From Balanoglossus misakiensis (taxonomy: Eukaryota; Animalia; Hemichordata), in contig CM082590.2 of assembly GCA_040954595.2 (NCBI GenBank), forward strand, positions 2,976,001 through 3,040,000: 64,000 nucleotides of DNA, read 5' to 3'. This document shows, piece after piece, positions 43,901-55,404 of the stretch. A program made the position numbers and the translations under genes. The notes beneath the pieces are model-generated. The model ran no database searches. It was not told the origin of the DNA and was given only the letters and a program-made list of their open reading frames with translations. Numbering within the stretch: the first letter of the stretch is position 1; the number at the start of each line of letters is the position of its first letter.

Positions 43901-46900
43901 TAGATCGACGGATAGTTGTAAAATTTCATGGTTGCTTCCAAATACAGCCTCGTTTATTTAGCGATTTCTGTTGTGATGCGCATAACACATAGATAGGCCT
44001 ATGCGCATAAGAACGTTTTCCACTAGACTTTGTAGATCGACGGATAGTTGTACAATGTCCATGGTTGCTTCCAAACAGCCTCGTTTATTTACCGAATTCT
44101 GTTGTGAGGCGCAGAACACGTAATAGGTCTATGCGCATAAGGAAGTTTTCCACCAGACTCTGTAGATCGACGGATAGTTGTACAATTTCCATGGTTGCTT
44201 CCAAACAGCCTCGTTTATTTACCGATTTCTGTTGTGAGGCACAGAACACATGATAGGCCTATGCGCATAAGACATTTTTCCACTAGACTCTGTAGATCGA
44301 CGGATAGTTCTAAAATTTCCATGGTTGCTTCCAAACAGCCTCGTTTATTTACCGAATTCTGTTGTGAGGCGCAGAGCACGTAATAGGCCTATGCGCATAA
44401 GAAAGTTTTCCACCAGACTCTGTAGATCGACGGATAGTTGTACAATTTCCATGGTTGCTTCCAAACAGCCTCGTTTATTTACCGATTTCTGTTGTGATGC
44501 GCAGAACACATAGATAGGCATATGTGCATAATAAAGTTTTCCACTAGACTCTGTAGATCGAGAGATAGTTCTAAAATTTCCATGGTTGCTTCCAAACACA
44601 GCCTCGTTTGTTTACAAAATTCTGTTGTGATGCGCAGAACACATATATAGGCCTATGCGCATAATAACGTTTTCCACTAGACTCTGTAGATCGACGGATA
44701 GTTGTAAAATTTCCATGGTTGCTTCCAAACAGCCTCGTTTATTTACCGAATTCTGTTGTGAGGCGCAGAACACATAGATAGGCATATGTGCATAAGAAAG
44801 TTTTCCACTATAGACTCTGTAGATCGAGAGATAGTTCTAAAATGTCCATGGTTGCTTCCAAACACATCCTCGTTTGTTTACAAAATTCTGTTGTGATACG
44901 CAGAACACATATATAGGCCTATGCGCATAAGAACGTTTCCACTAGACTCTGTAGATCGACGGATAGCTGTAAAATTTCCATGGTTGCTTTTAAACAGCCT
45001 CGCTTATTTACCGATTTCTGTTGTGAGGCGCAGAACACATAGATAGGCCTATGTGCATAAGAAAGTTTTCCACTATAGACTCTGTAGATCGAGAGATAGT
45101 TCTAAAATGTCCATGGTTGCTTCCAAACACAGCCTCGTTTATTTACCGATTTCTGTTGTGATGCGCATAACACATAGATAGGCCTATGCGCAAATGAACG
45201 TTTTCCACTATACTCTGTAGATCAAGAGATAGTTCTAAAATTTCCATGGTTGCTTCCAAACTCCGCTTCGTTTGTTTACAAAATTCTGTTGTGATGCGCA
45301 TAACACATAGATAGGCCTATGCGCATATGAACGTTTTCCACTATACTCTGTAGATCGACAGATAGTTCTAAAATTTCCATGTTTGCTTCCAAACAGCCTC
45401 GTTTATTTACGGAATTCTGTTGTGAGGCGCATAACACATAGATAGGCCTATGCGCATATGAAAGTTTTCCACTATACTCTGTAGATCGAGAGACAGTTCT
45501 AAAATTTCCACGGTTGCTTCCAAACAGCCTCGTTTATTTACGGAATTCTGTTGTGAGGCGCAGAACACATGATAGGCCTATGCGCATAAGACATTTTTCC
45601 AATAGACTCTGTAGATCGACGGATAGTTCTAAAATTTCCATGGTTGCTTCCAAACAGCCTCGTTTATTTACCGAATTCTGTTGTTAGGCGCATAACACGT
45701 AATAGGCCTATGCGCATAAGAAAGTTTTCCACCAGACTCTGTAGATCGACGGATAGTTGTAAAATTTACATGGTTGCTTCCAAACAGCCTCGTTTATTTA
45801 CCGAATTCTGTTGTGAGGCGCAGAACACATAGATAGGCATATGTGCATAAGAAAGTTTTCCACTATAGACTCTGTAGATCGAGAGATAGTTCTAAAATGT
45901 CCATGGTTGCTACCAAACACAGCCTCGTTTGTTTACAAAATTCTGTTGTGATGCGCAGAACACATATATAGGCCTATGCGCATAAGAACGTTTCCACTAG
46001 ACTCTGTAGATCGACGGATAGCTGTAAAATTTCCATGGTTGCTTCCAAACAGCCTCGTTTATTTACCGATTTCTGTTGTGAGGCGCAGAACACATGATAG
46101 GCCTATGCGCATGAGACATTTTTCCACTAGACTCTGTAGATCGACGGATAGTTGTAAAATTTCATGGTTGCTTCCAAATACAGCCTCGTTTATTTAGCGA
46201 TTTCTGTTGTGATGCGCATAACACATAGATAGGCCTATGCGCATAAGAACGTTTTCCACTAGACTTTGTAGATCGACGGATAGTTGTACAATGTCCATGG
46301 TTGCTTCCAAACAGCCTCGTTTATTTACCGAATTCTGTTGTGAGGCGCAGAACACATAGATAGGCATATGTGCATAAGAAAGTTTTCCACTATAGACTCT
46401 GTAGATCGAGAGATAGTTCTAAAATGTCCATGGTTGCTACCAAACACAGCCTCGTTTGTTTACAAAATTCTGTTGTGATGCGCTGAACACATATATAGGC
46501 CTATGCGCATAAGAACGTTTCCACTAGACTCTGTAGATCGACGGATAGCTGTAAAATTTCCATGGTTGCTTCCAAACAGCCTCGTTTATTTACCGATTTC
46601 TGTTGTGAGGCGCAGAACACATGATAGGCCTATGCGCATGAGACATTTTTCCACTAGACTCTGTAGATCGACGGATAGTTGTAAAATTTCATGGTTGCTT
46701 CCAAATACAGCCTCGTTTATTTAGCGATTTCTGTTGTGATGCGCATAACACATAGATAGGCCTATGCGCATAAGAACGTTTTCCACTAGACTTTGTAGAT
46801 CGACGGATAGTTGTACAATGTCCATGGTTGCTTCCAAACAGCCTCGTTTATTTACCGAATTCTGTTGTGAGGCGCAGAACACGTAATAGGTCTATGCGCA

Positions 46901-48779
46901 TAAGGAAGTTTTCCACCAGACTCTGTAGATCGACGGATAGTTGTACAATTTCCATGGTTGCTTCCAAACAGCCTCGTTTATTTACCGATTTCTGTTGTGA
47001 GGCACAGAACACATGATAGGCCTATGCGCATAAGACATTTTTCCACTAGACTCTGTAGATCGACGGATAGTTCTAAAATTTCCATGGTTGCTTCCAAACA
47101 GCCTCGTTTATTTACCGAATTCTGTTGTGAGGCGCAGAGCACGTAATAGGCCTATGCGCATAAGAAAGTTTTCCACCAGACTCTGTAGATCGACGGATAG
47201 TTGTACAATTTCCATGGTTGCTTCCAAACAGCCTCGTTTATTTACCGATTTCTGTTGTGATGCGCAGAACACATAGATAGGCATATGTGCATAAGAAAGT
47301 TTTCCACTATAGACTCTGTAGATCGAGAGATAGTTCTAAAATGTCCATGGTTGCTTCCAAACACAGCCTCGTTTGTTTACAAAATTCTGTTGTGATACGC
47401 AGAACACATATATAGGCCTATGCGCATAAGAACGTTTCCACTAGACTCTGTAGATCGACGGATAGCTGTAAAATTTCCATGGTTGCTTTTAAACAGCCTC
47501 GCTTATTTACCGATTTCTGTTGTGAGGCGCAGAACACATAGATAGGCCTATGTGCATAAGAAAGTTTTCCACTATAGACTCTGTAGATCGAGAGATAGTT
47601 CTAAAATGTCCATGGTTGCTTCCAAACACAGCCTCGTTTATTTACCGATTTCTGTTGTGATGCGCATAACACATAGATAGGCCTATGCGCAAATGAACGT
47701 TTTCCACTATACTCTGTAGATCAAGAGATAGTTCTAAAATTTCCATGGTTGCTTCCAAACTCCGCTTCGTTTGTTTACAAAATTCTGTTGTGATGCGCAT
47801 AACACATAGATAGGCCTATGCGCATATGAACGTTTTCCACTATACTCTGTAGATCGACAGATAGTTCTAAAATTTCCATGTTTGCTTCCAAACAGCCTCG
47901 TTTATTTACGGAATTCTGTTGTGAGGCGCATAACACATAGATAGGCCTATGCGCATATGAAAGTTTTCCACTATACTCTGTAGATCGAGAGATAGTTCTA
48001 AAATTTCCACGGTTGCTTCCAAACAGCCTCGTTTATTTACGGAATTCTGTTGTGAGGCGCAGAACACATGATAGGCCTATGCGCATAAGACATTTTTCCA
48101 ATAGACTCTGTAGATCGACGGATAGTTCTAAAATTTCCATGGTTGCTTCCAAACAGCCTCGTTTATTTACCGAATTCTGTTGTTAGGCGCATAACACGTA
48201 ATAGGCCTATGCGCATAAGAAAGTTTTCCACCAGACTCTGTAGATCGACGGATAGTTGTAAAATTTACATGGTTGCTTCCAAATACAGCCTCGTTTATTT
48301 AGCGGTTTCTGTTGTGATGCGCATAATACATAGATAGGCCTATGCGCATAAGAACGTTTTCGACTAGACTCTGTAGATCGACGGATAGTTCTAAAATTTC
48401 CATGGTTGCTTCCAAACAGCCTCGTTTATTTACCGAATTCTGTTGTGAGGCGCAGAACACGTAATAGGCCTATGCGCATAAGAAACTTTTCCACCAGACT
48501 CTGTAGATCGACGGATAGTTGTAAAATTTCCATGGTTGTTTCCAAACAGCCTCGTTTATTTACCGAATTCTGTTGTGATGCGTAGAACACATACATATGC
48601 CTTTGCGCATAAGAAAGTTTTCCACCAGACTCTGTAGATCGACGGATAGTTGTAAAATTTACATGGTTGCTTCCAAATACAGCCTCGTTTATTTAGCGGT
48701 TTCTGTTGTGATGCGCATAATACATAGATAGGCCTATGCGCATAAGAACGTTTTCGACTAGACTCTGTAGATCGACGGA

Positions 48780-51700
48780 TAGTTCTAAAATTTCCATGGT
48801 TGCTTCCAAACAGCCTCGTTTATTTACCGAATTCTGTTGTGAGGCGCAGAACACGTAATAGGCCTATGCGCAAAAGAAACTTTTCCACCAGACTCTGTAG
48901 ATCGACGGATAGTTGTAAAATTTCCATGGTTGTTTCCAAACAGCCTCGTTTAATTACCGAATTCTGTTGTGATGCGTAGAACACATACATATGCCTTTGC
49001 GCATAAGAAATTTTTCTACTAGACTCCGTAGATCGACGGATAGTTCTAAAATTTCCATGGTTGCTTCCAAACAAAGCATCGTTTGTTTACAAAATTCTGT
49101 TGTGATGCGCAGAACACATAGAGAGGCCTATGCGCATAAGAAAGTTTTCCACTAGACTCTGTATATCGACGGATAGTTCTAAAATTTCCATGGTTGCTTC
49201 CAAACACATCCTCGTTTGTTTACAAAATTATGTTGTGATGCGCATAATACATAGATAGGCCTATGCGCATAAGAACGTTTTCCAGTAGACTCTGTAGATC
49301 GACGGATAGTTCTAAAATTTCCATGGTTGCTTCCAAACAGCCTCGTTTATTTACCGAATTCTGTTGTGAGGCGCAGAACACGTAATAGGCCTATGCGCAT
49401 AAGAGACTTTTCCACCAGACTCTGTAGATCGACGGATAGTTGTAAAATTTCCATGGTTGTTTCCAAACAGCCTCGTTTATTTACCGAATTCTGTTGTGAT
49501 GCGTAGAACACATACATATGCCTATGCGCATAAGAATTTTTTCCACTAGACTCCGTAGATCGACGGATAGTTCTAAAATTTCCATGGTTGCTTCCAAACA
49601 AAGCATCGTTTGTTTACAAAATTCTGTTGTGATGCGCAGAACACATAGAGAGGCCTATGCGCATATGAACGTTTTCCACTAGACTCTGTATATCGACGGA
49701 TAGTTCTAAAATTTCCATGGTTGCTTCCAAACACATCCTCGTTTGTTTACAAAATTCTGTTGTGATGCGCATAATACATAGATAGGCCTATGCGCATAAG
49801 AACGTTTTCCACTAGACTCTGTAGATCGACGGATAGTTCTAAAATTTCCATGGTTGCTTCCAAACAGCCTCGTTTATTTACCGAATTCTCTTGTGAGGCG
49901 CAGAACACGTAATAGGCCTATGCGCATAAGAAACTTTTCCACCAGACTCGGTAGATCGACAGACAGTTGTAAAATTTCCATGGTTGTTTCCAAACAGCCT
50001 CGTTTATTTACCGAATTCTGTTGTGATGCGTAGAACACATACATATGCCTATGCGCATAAGAAATTTTTCCACTAGACTCCGTAGATCGACGGATAGTTC
50101 TAAAATTTCCATGGTTGCTTCCAAACAAAGCATCGTTTGTTTACAAAATTCTGTTGTGATGCGCAGAACACATAGAGAGGCCTATGCGCATATGAACGTT
50201 TTCCACTAGACTCTGTATATCGACGGATAGTTCTAAAATTTCCATGGTTGCTTCCAAACACATCCTCGTTTGTTTACAAAATTCTGTTGTGATGCGCATA
50301 ATACATAGATAGGCCTATGCGCATAAGAACGTTTTCCACTAGACTCTGTAGATCGACGGATAGTTCTAAAATTTCCATGGTTGCTTCCAAACAGCCTCGT
50401 TTATTTACCGAATTCTCTTGTGAGGCGCAGAACACGTAATAGGCCTATGCGCATAAGAAACTTTTCCACCAGACTCTGTAGATCGACAGACAGTTGTAAA
50501 ATTTCCATGGTTGTTTCCAAACAGCCTCGTTTATTTACCGAATTCTGTTGTGATGCGTAGAACACATACATATGCCTATGCGCATAAGAAATTTTTCCAC
50601 TAGACTCCATAGATCGACGGATAGTTCTAAAATTTCCATGGTTGCTTCCAAACAAAGCATCGTTTGTATACAAAATTCTGTTGTGATGCGCAGAACAAAT
50701 AGAGAGGCCTATGCGCATAAGAACGTTTTCCACTAGACTCTGTATATCGACGGATAGTTCTAAAATTTCCATGGTTGCTTCCAAACACATCCTCGTTTGT
50801 TTACAAAATTCTGTTGTGATGCGCAGAACACATAGATAGGCCTATGCGCATTGGAAAGTTTTCCACTAGACTCCGTAGATCGACGGATAGTTCTAAAATT
50901 TCCATGGTTGCTTCCAAACACATCCTCGTTTGTTTACAAAATTCTGTTGTGATGCGCAGAACACATAGATAGGCCTATGCGCATCGGAAAGTTTTCCACT
51001 AGACTCCGTAGATGGACGGATAGTTCTAAAATTTCCATGGTTGCTTCCAAACACATCCTCGTTTGTTTACAAAAATCTGTTGTGATGCGCAGAACACATA
51101 GATAGGCCTATGTGCATATGAACGTTTTCCACTATACTCCGTAGATCGACGGATAGTTCTAAAATTTCCATGGTTGCTTCCAAACAGCCTCGTTTATTTA
51201 CCGAATTCTGTTGTGAGACGCAGAACACATACATATGCCTATGCGCATAAGAAATTTTTCCACTAGACTCCGTAGATCGACGTATAGTTGTAAAATTTAC
51301 TTTGTTGCTTCCAAATACAGCCTCGTTTATTTAGATAGGCCTATGCGCATAAGAACGTTTTCCACTAGACTCTGTAGATCGACGGATAGTTCTAAAATTT
51401 CCATGGTTGCTTCCAAACAGCCTCGTTTATTTACCGAATTCTGTTGTGAGGCGCAGAACACGTAATAGGCCTATGCGCATAAGAAACTTTTCCACCAGAC
51501 TCTGTAGATCGACGGATAGTTGTAAAATTTCCATGGTTGTTTCCAAACAGCCTCGTTTATTTACCGAATTCTGTTGTGATGCGTAGAACACATACATATG
51601 CCTATGCGCATAAGAAATTTTTCCACTAGACTCCGTAGATCGACGGATAGTTCTAAAATTTCCATGATTGCTTCCAAACAAAGCATCGTTTGTTTACAAA

Positions 51701-52100
51701 ATTCTGTTGTGATGCGCAGAACACATAGAGAGGCCTATGCGCATAAGAACGTTTTCCACTAGACTCTGTATATCGACGGATAGTTCTAAAATTTCCATGG
51801 TTGCTTCCAAACACATCCTCGTTTGTTTACAAAATTCTGTTGTGATGCGCATAATACATAGATAGGCCTATGCGCATAAGAACGTTTTCCACTAGACTCT
51901 GTAGATCGACGGATAGTTCTAAAATTTCCATGGTTGCTTCCAAACAGCCTCGTTTATTTACCGAATTCTGTTGTGAGGCGCAGAACACGTAATAGGCCTA
52001 TGCGCATAAGAAACTTTTCCACTAGACTCTGTATATCGACGGATAGTTCTAAAATTTCCATGGTTGCTTCCAAACACATCCTCGTTTGTTTACAAAATTC
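48780..52100. repeat. 527-bp (4-monomer) higher-order repeat of the distal satellite layer
   Basis: Repeating order of variants CGTAATAGG..AAACTTTT / GCGTAGAAC..CAAAGCATCG / CATAGAGAGG..CTGTATATCG / GCATAATACATAG. ORF-track copies at 48820, 49347, 49874, 50401 (527 apart); the order is interrupted around 50.8-51.4 kb. Confidence 0.88.
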
Positions 52101-53549
52101 TGTTCTGATGCGCAGAACACATAGATAGGCCTATGCGCATTGGAAATTTTTCCACTAGACTCCGTAGATCGACGGATAGTTCTAAAATTTCCATGGTTGC
52201 TTCCAAACACATCCTCGTTTGTTTACCGAATTCTGTTGTGAGGCGCAGAACACGTAATAGGCCTATGCGCATAAGAAACTTTTCCACCAGACTCTGTAGA
52301 TCGACGGACAGTTGTAAAATGTCCATGGTTGTTTCCAAACAGCCTCGTTTATTTACAGAATTATGTTGTGATGCGTAGAACACATACATATGCCTATGCG
52401 CATAAGAAATTTTTCCACTAGACTCCGTAGATCGACGGATAGTTCTAAAATTTCCATGGTTGCTTCCAAACAAAGCATCGTGTGTTTACAAAATTCTGTT
52501 GTGATGCGCAGAACACATAGAGAGGCCTATGCGCATAAGAACGTTTTCCACTAGACTCTGTAGATCGACGGATAGTTCTAAAATTTCCATGGTTGCTTCC
52601 AAACACATCCTCGTTTGTTTACAAAATTCTGTTGTGATGCGCAGAACACATAGATAGGCCTATGCGCATTGGAAAGTTTTCCACTAGACTCCGTAGATCG
52701 ACGGATAGTTCTAAAATTTCCATGGTTGCTTCCAAACACATCCTCGTTTGTTTACAAAAATCTGTTGTGATGCGCAGAACACATAGATAGGCCTATGCGC
52801 ATATGAACGTTTTCCACTAGACTCTGTATATCGACGGATAGTTCTAAAATTTCAATGGTTGCTTCCAAACACATCCTCGTTTGTTTACAAAATTCTGTTG
52901 TGATGCGCAGAACACATAGATAGGCCTATGCGCATTGGAAAGTTTTCCACTAGACTCCGTAGATCGACGGATAGTTCTAAAATTTCCATGGTTGCTTCCA
53001 AACACATCCTCGTTTGTTTACAAAAATCTTTTGTGATGCGCAGAACACATTGATAGGCCTATGCGCATATGAACGTTTTCCACTATACTCTGTAGATCGA
53101 CGGATAGTTCTAAAATTTCCGTGGTTGCTTCCAGTCTAATTAATTCAGATAAAAAGAATTGACACATTATGATGTAAATATTTATAAAAGTAGTAATAAT
53201 GTAAGAGATAACCATAATTCAAAATTCATTAAATTCTAATGTAATTTTAAAGTTTTGTTTTAAATTTTTCATGAAAAAAATAAGCATATCAAGTGACATG
53301 TTTAATAGTGAAAAAAACCTGAATGTCACAAAATCAACAATCATCTAAAGAAATTAACACTGATTCCTCTTTTCCATCACACTGTATCAAAAACTCCTAC
53401 CAAAAGTACAGTATTATTTAAACCACAAATAAGAAAAATCTCCTTATTATGACTTGTCAGATTATTAGGTGACAGACAGGAGTTGGCAGATGCTGGAGGC
53501 CGGGAGAAAATCATCCTATCTTATCTGCTCCAGATCGCTTTGAATATTC

Positions 53550-53966
53550 TCCTAATCCTGATGTACATGTATCAGATCAATCTTGTATGTTACTAATAGA
53601 ACAATTTGTTCTTCGGTATAACAGAACCAGTTGAATACTCAAAGTCATGCAAAGGGTAAGACAATATCTCTTCTCCAGAAAGTCAAGGGTTCTTGAGAAT
53701 ATTCCTTCTACACAGGCAGCTCTAAAAGAACATGTGCTATGAGAAACCTAGCAAAGCTATATCAAACCAACAGAATCCCATTGGAAATCAAGTTGGAAAA
53801 CTCTTAGTCAAGCCCAAGAAAAGAGTCAACCTCAGGAAATCAGTTGTAAAAAGTAATGCACATGTTCCTGTAGGTGCTTTAGGTCTAGTCTGACAGCAGT
53901 GCTCTTTGTTACTGTAAAGGAGAATGTCATCAAGATTGATCTGATACATGTACATCAGAATTAGGA
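53550..53966. repeat. 36-bp inverted repeat pair (53550-53585 / 53931-53966)
   Basis: TCCTAATCCTGATGTACATGTATCAGATCAATCTTG vs reverse complement of CAAGATTGATCTGATACATGTACATCAGAATTAGGA: 1 mismatch. Confidence 0.9.
53551..53939 (+). pseudogene. Pseudogenised C-terminus of an Academ-type XPG-associated protein with Cys-rich (CXC/Cys8) finger
   Basis: Manual translation, frame +1: ...MLLIEQFVLRYNRTS*ILKVMQRVRQYLFSRKSRVLENIPSTQAALKEHVL*ET*QSY..HWKSSWKTLSQAQEKSQPQEISCKK*CTCSCRCFRSSLT, then after a frameshift SALCYCKGECHQD*. Fits the recalled family pattern IERFVxxLYDRTS..R..LF...LENIPPTxAAL.QH..RA.YQ..WTTL..A..C.C...CTALC.C.G.C. Not in the ORF track because of stops. Confidence 0.7.
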
Positions 53967-54139
53967 TAATATACAGAGGAATGTATGGAAGCAAGTATGT
54001 TTTACAACCCATATTCCTGTTTCTGAGTGTTACAATTGACCAAAAAGTGCCAATAATGGGAGAAAAGTGTGAATGTCAGTTTCTGGCCGCTATTTTGGGA
54101 TCCATATTGGAAAATGTCCGCCATGGGTCAATGAATAAT

Positions 54140-54297
54140 TGTACCAAATTTCATGCTTTTAACCCAAAGTGCACGATTTTAAAGTTTGAATATCTGTTTC
54201 TGGTCACTAGAGGGCTGTGTCATTTTAGATCCATATCAGAAAATGGCCGCCATAAGTGTACCAAGTTTCATGCTTTTAACCCAAATTGCACGATTTT
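54140..54297. repeat. 41-bp direct repeat pair (54140-54180 / 54257-54297), probable transposon subterminal/terminal repeats
   Basis: TGTACCAAATTTCATGCTTTTAACCCAAAGTGCACGATTTT vs TGTACCAAGTTTCATGCTTTTAACCCAAATTGCACGATTTT, 2 mismatches; both preceded by GATCCATAT..GAAAATGKCCGCCAT. Confidence 0.85.
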
Positions 54298-54934
54298 TGG
54301 GTTAACTGCCCCACTACAAGGAGAAGTGCAGACTGAAATGCAGTGATTGTCAATGTTGTAAATGTATGTGTTGTTGTTGTTTGTTAAAATGTCAGGTTTT
54401 TGTAGAATTGATGTTTAACAACTTAGCTACTTTGCATGTTAAGCAAGGAGTACACTCAGTCATGTGTAGTATGGTAGTTTAAGCTTAGCTTCATTGAGAT
54501 GTCATGTCTGGAGAACATTCACTGAGTTTGAATATTTGCTTGTAGTTTTTAGTCATCCAAGAACTTAGTCTGAGGTTGCCAACCTGTCTATCAGATGTGA
54601 AGTTAATACCTTAAATAATTACAATGACATTGTTCATTTCTCCTGTATGTGTAAAAATCACATGTAATTTATTCAAAAGCTGACTACAAATCACATAGCA
54701 CAATGCTCATTCAAAACAAGATATAATTTTTAAGTTTTAAGTTATAAGGTTTATTTAGTAGAGCATGTTTTGTACATTACATTATTTTTCCAGTTTTGAT
54801 TGGAAAAACTGCATGAAAATACGTGTTCACCGAGTTGCAATGACAGTATTACAGTACATCCATATCATTCCTAATTTTATGTGAGAAAACACTGTTGTTG
54901 GTATAAGTCAGAAACTGACATGAAACTGAATACA

Positions 54935-54948
54935 TATAACTCTTCTTT
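54935..54948. repeat. Target-site duplication of the outer LINE (left copy; right copy 61696-61709)
   Basis: TATAACTCTTCTTT is identical at both sites; the last T's overlap the poly(A) tail. Confidence 0.88.
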
Positions 54949-55034
54949 TTTTTTTTTTTTTCATTTCAAAAATACAGGACAAAAACAAAAAAGTCGACAA
55001 AGACAAGAAAAAGAAAGAAACCACAAAAAGAACA

Positions 55035-55281
55035 CTAATCAACGAACAAGTTGACAAAAGCTCCCCATTTTTCTAGATGTATCCCCTGTCTATCATTTGT
55101 AGTGGCTACATTATCTTCTATTTTATAAATAGATTTCACATATGATTTAAACTGAAGCATGTTTGGCAAAACATTCGGCACTTTACATTTAAAAATATAA
55201 GAACGTCCAATCAAAAGAATGAAATTTGCAAGTTGACTACCCCCCTCATCTATATTACCCAGAATACAGTACATTGCACTT
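55035..55281 (-). pseudogene. Outer LINE ORF2, extreme C-terminus
   Basis: SAMYCILGNIDEGGSQLANFILLIGRSYIFKCK..FKSYVKSIYKIE..HLEKWGAF aligns by eye with the inner ORF2 end (ILFG..LCNFLILTAKRFIYICK..YKSFLHGIYKVE..HVKKW). Confidence 0.88.
55269..55281. repeat. Target-site duplication of the inner LINE (left copy; right copy 60543-60555)
   Basis: GTACATTGCACTT identical at both ends; on the element strand the target reads TT|AAGTG, resembling the L1 endonuclease TT|AAAA preference. Confidence 0.92.
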
Positions 55282-55310
55282 TTTTTTTTTTTTTTATATT
55301 TATAGCTTTT

Positions 55311-55316
55311 TTTATT
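55311..55316 (-). terminator. Polyadenylation signal AATAAA of the inner LINE
   Basis: TTTATT on + strand, 15 nt upstream (element sense) of the poly(A) tail. Confidence 0.75.
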
Positions 55317-55404
55317 GCAGTCAAAAAAACAAAGACAAGTACAGATACAAAAACAAAAAACGCTGGAAAAAATGTGATATTTTTGTAATCCTTTACAATA
55401 CCGA

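Larger units (their letters stand above)
1..53133. repeat. Satellite DNA array, ~131-bp monomer, ~400 head-to-tail copies, open at the left window edge
   Basis: Consensus TTCTGTTGTGAKGCGCAGAACACATAKATAGGCCTATGCGCATAAGAAMGTTTTCCACTAGACTCTGTAGATCGACGGATAGTTSTAAAATTTCCATGGTTGCTTCCAAACAGCCTCGTTTATTTACCGAA recurs without interruption. Unit starts at 1, 132, 267, 398, 531, 655 give lengths 131/135/131/133/124. No inversions or foreign inserts seen. Ends at ...GTTGCTTCCA|GTCTAATT. Confidence 0.99.
53551..54316 (+). mobile_element. Decayed 3' remnant of an Academ-like (XPG/Cys8-type) DNA transposon
   Basis: Degenerate coding frame (next feature), then duplicated subterminal motifs (GGCCGCCAT..TGTACCAARTTTCATGCTTTTAACCCAAAKTGCACGATTTT), then a terminus ...CTGCCCCACTA at 54316. 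Academ ends are recalled as TAG...CTA. Left boundary uncertain. Confidence 0.55.

Noticed and set aside
564-52473. Over 100 short ORFs (MLPNSLVYLP..., MFGSNHG...) in the array
   Set aside because: They are translations of the satellite; monomer lengths vary out of frame, many start at TTG, and there are no domain motifs or splice structure.
1-53133. CRISPR-like or guide-RNA array
   Set aside because: No unique spacers; whole monomers are homologous; the context is eukaryotic with no cas-like genes.
53134-53450. Helentron/HINE end box flanking the satellite
   Set aside because: No subterminal inverted repeat, GC hairpin or GTCY microsatellite is visible after the array.
53948-54346. 132-aa ORF with repeated CTKFHAFNP
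   Set aside because: The peptide repeat only reflects the 41-bp non-coding subterminal direct repeat.
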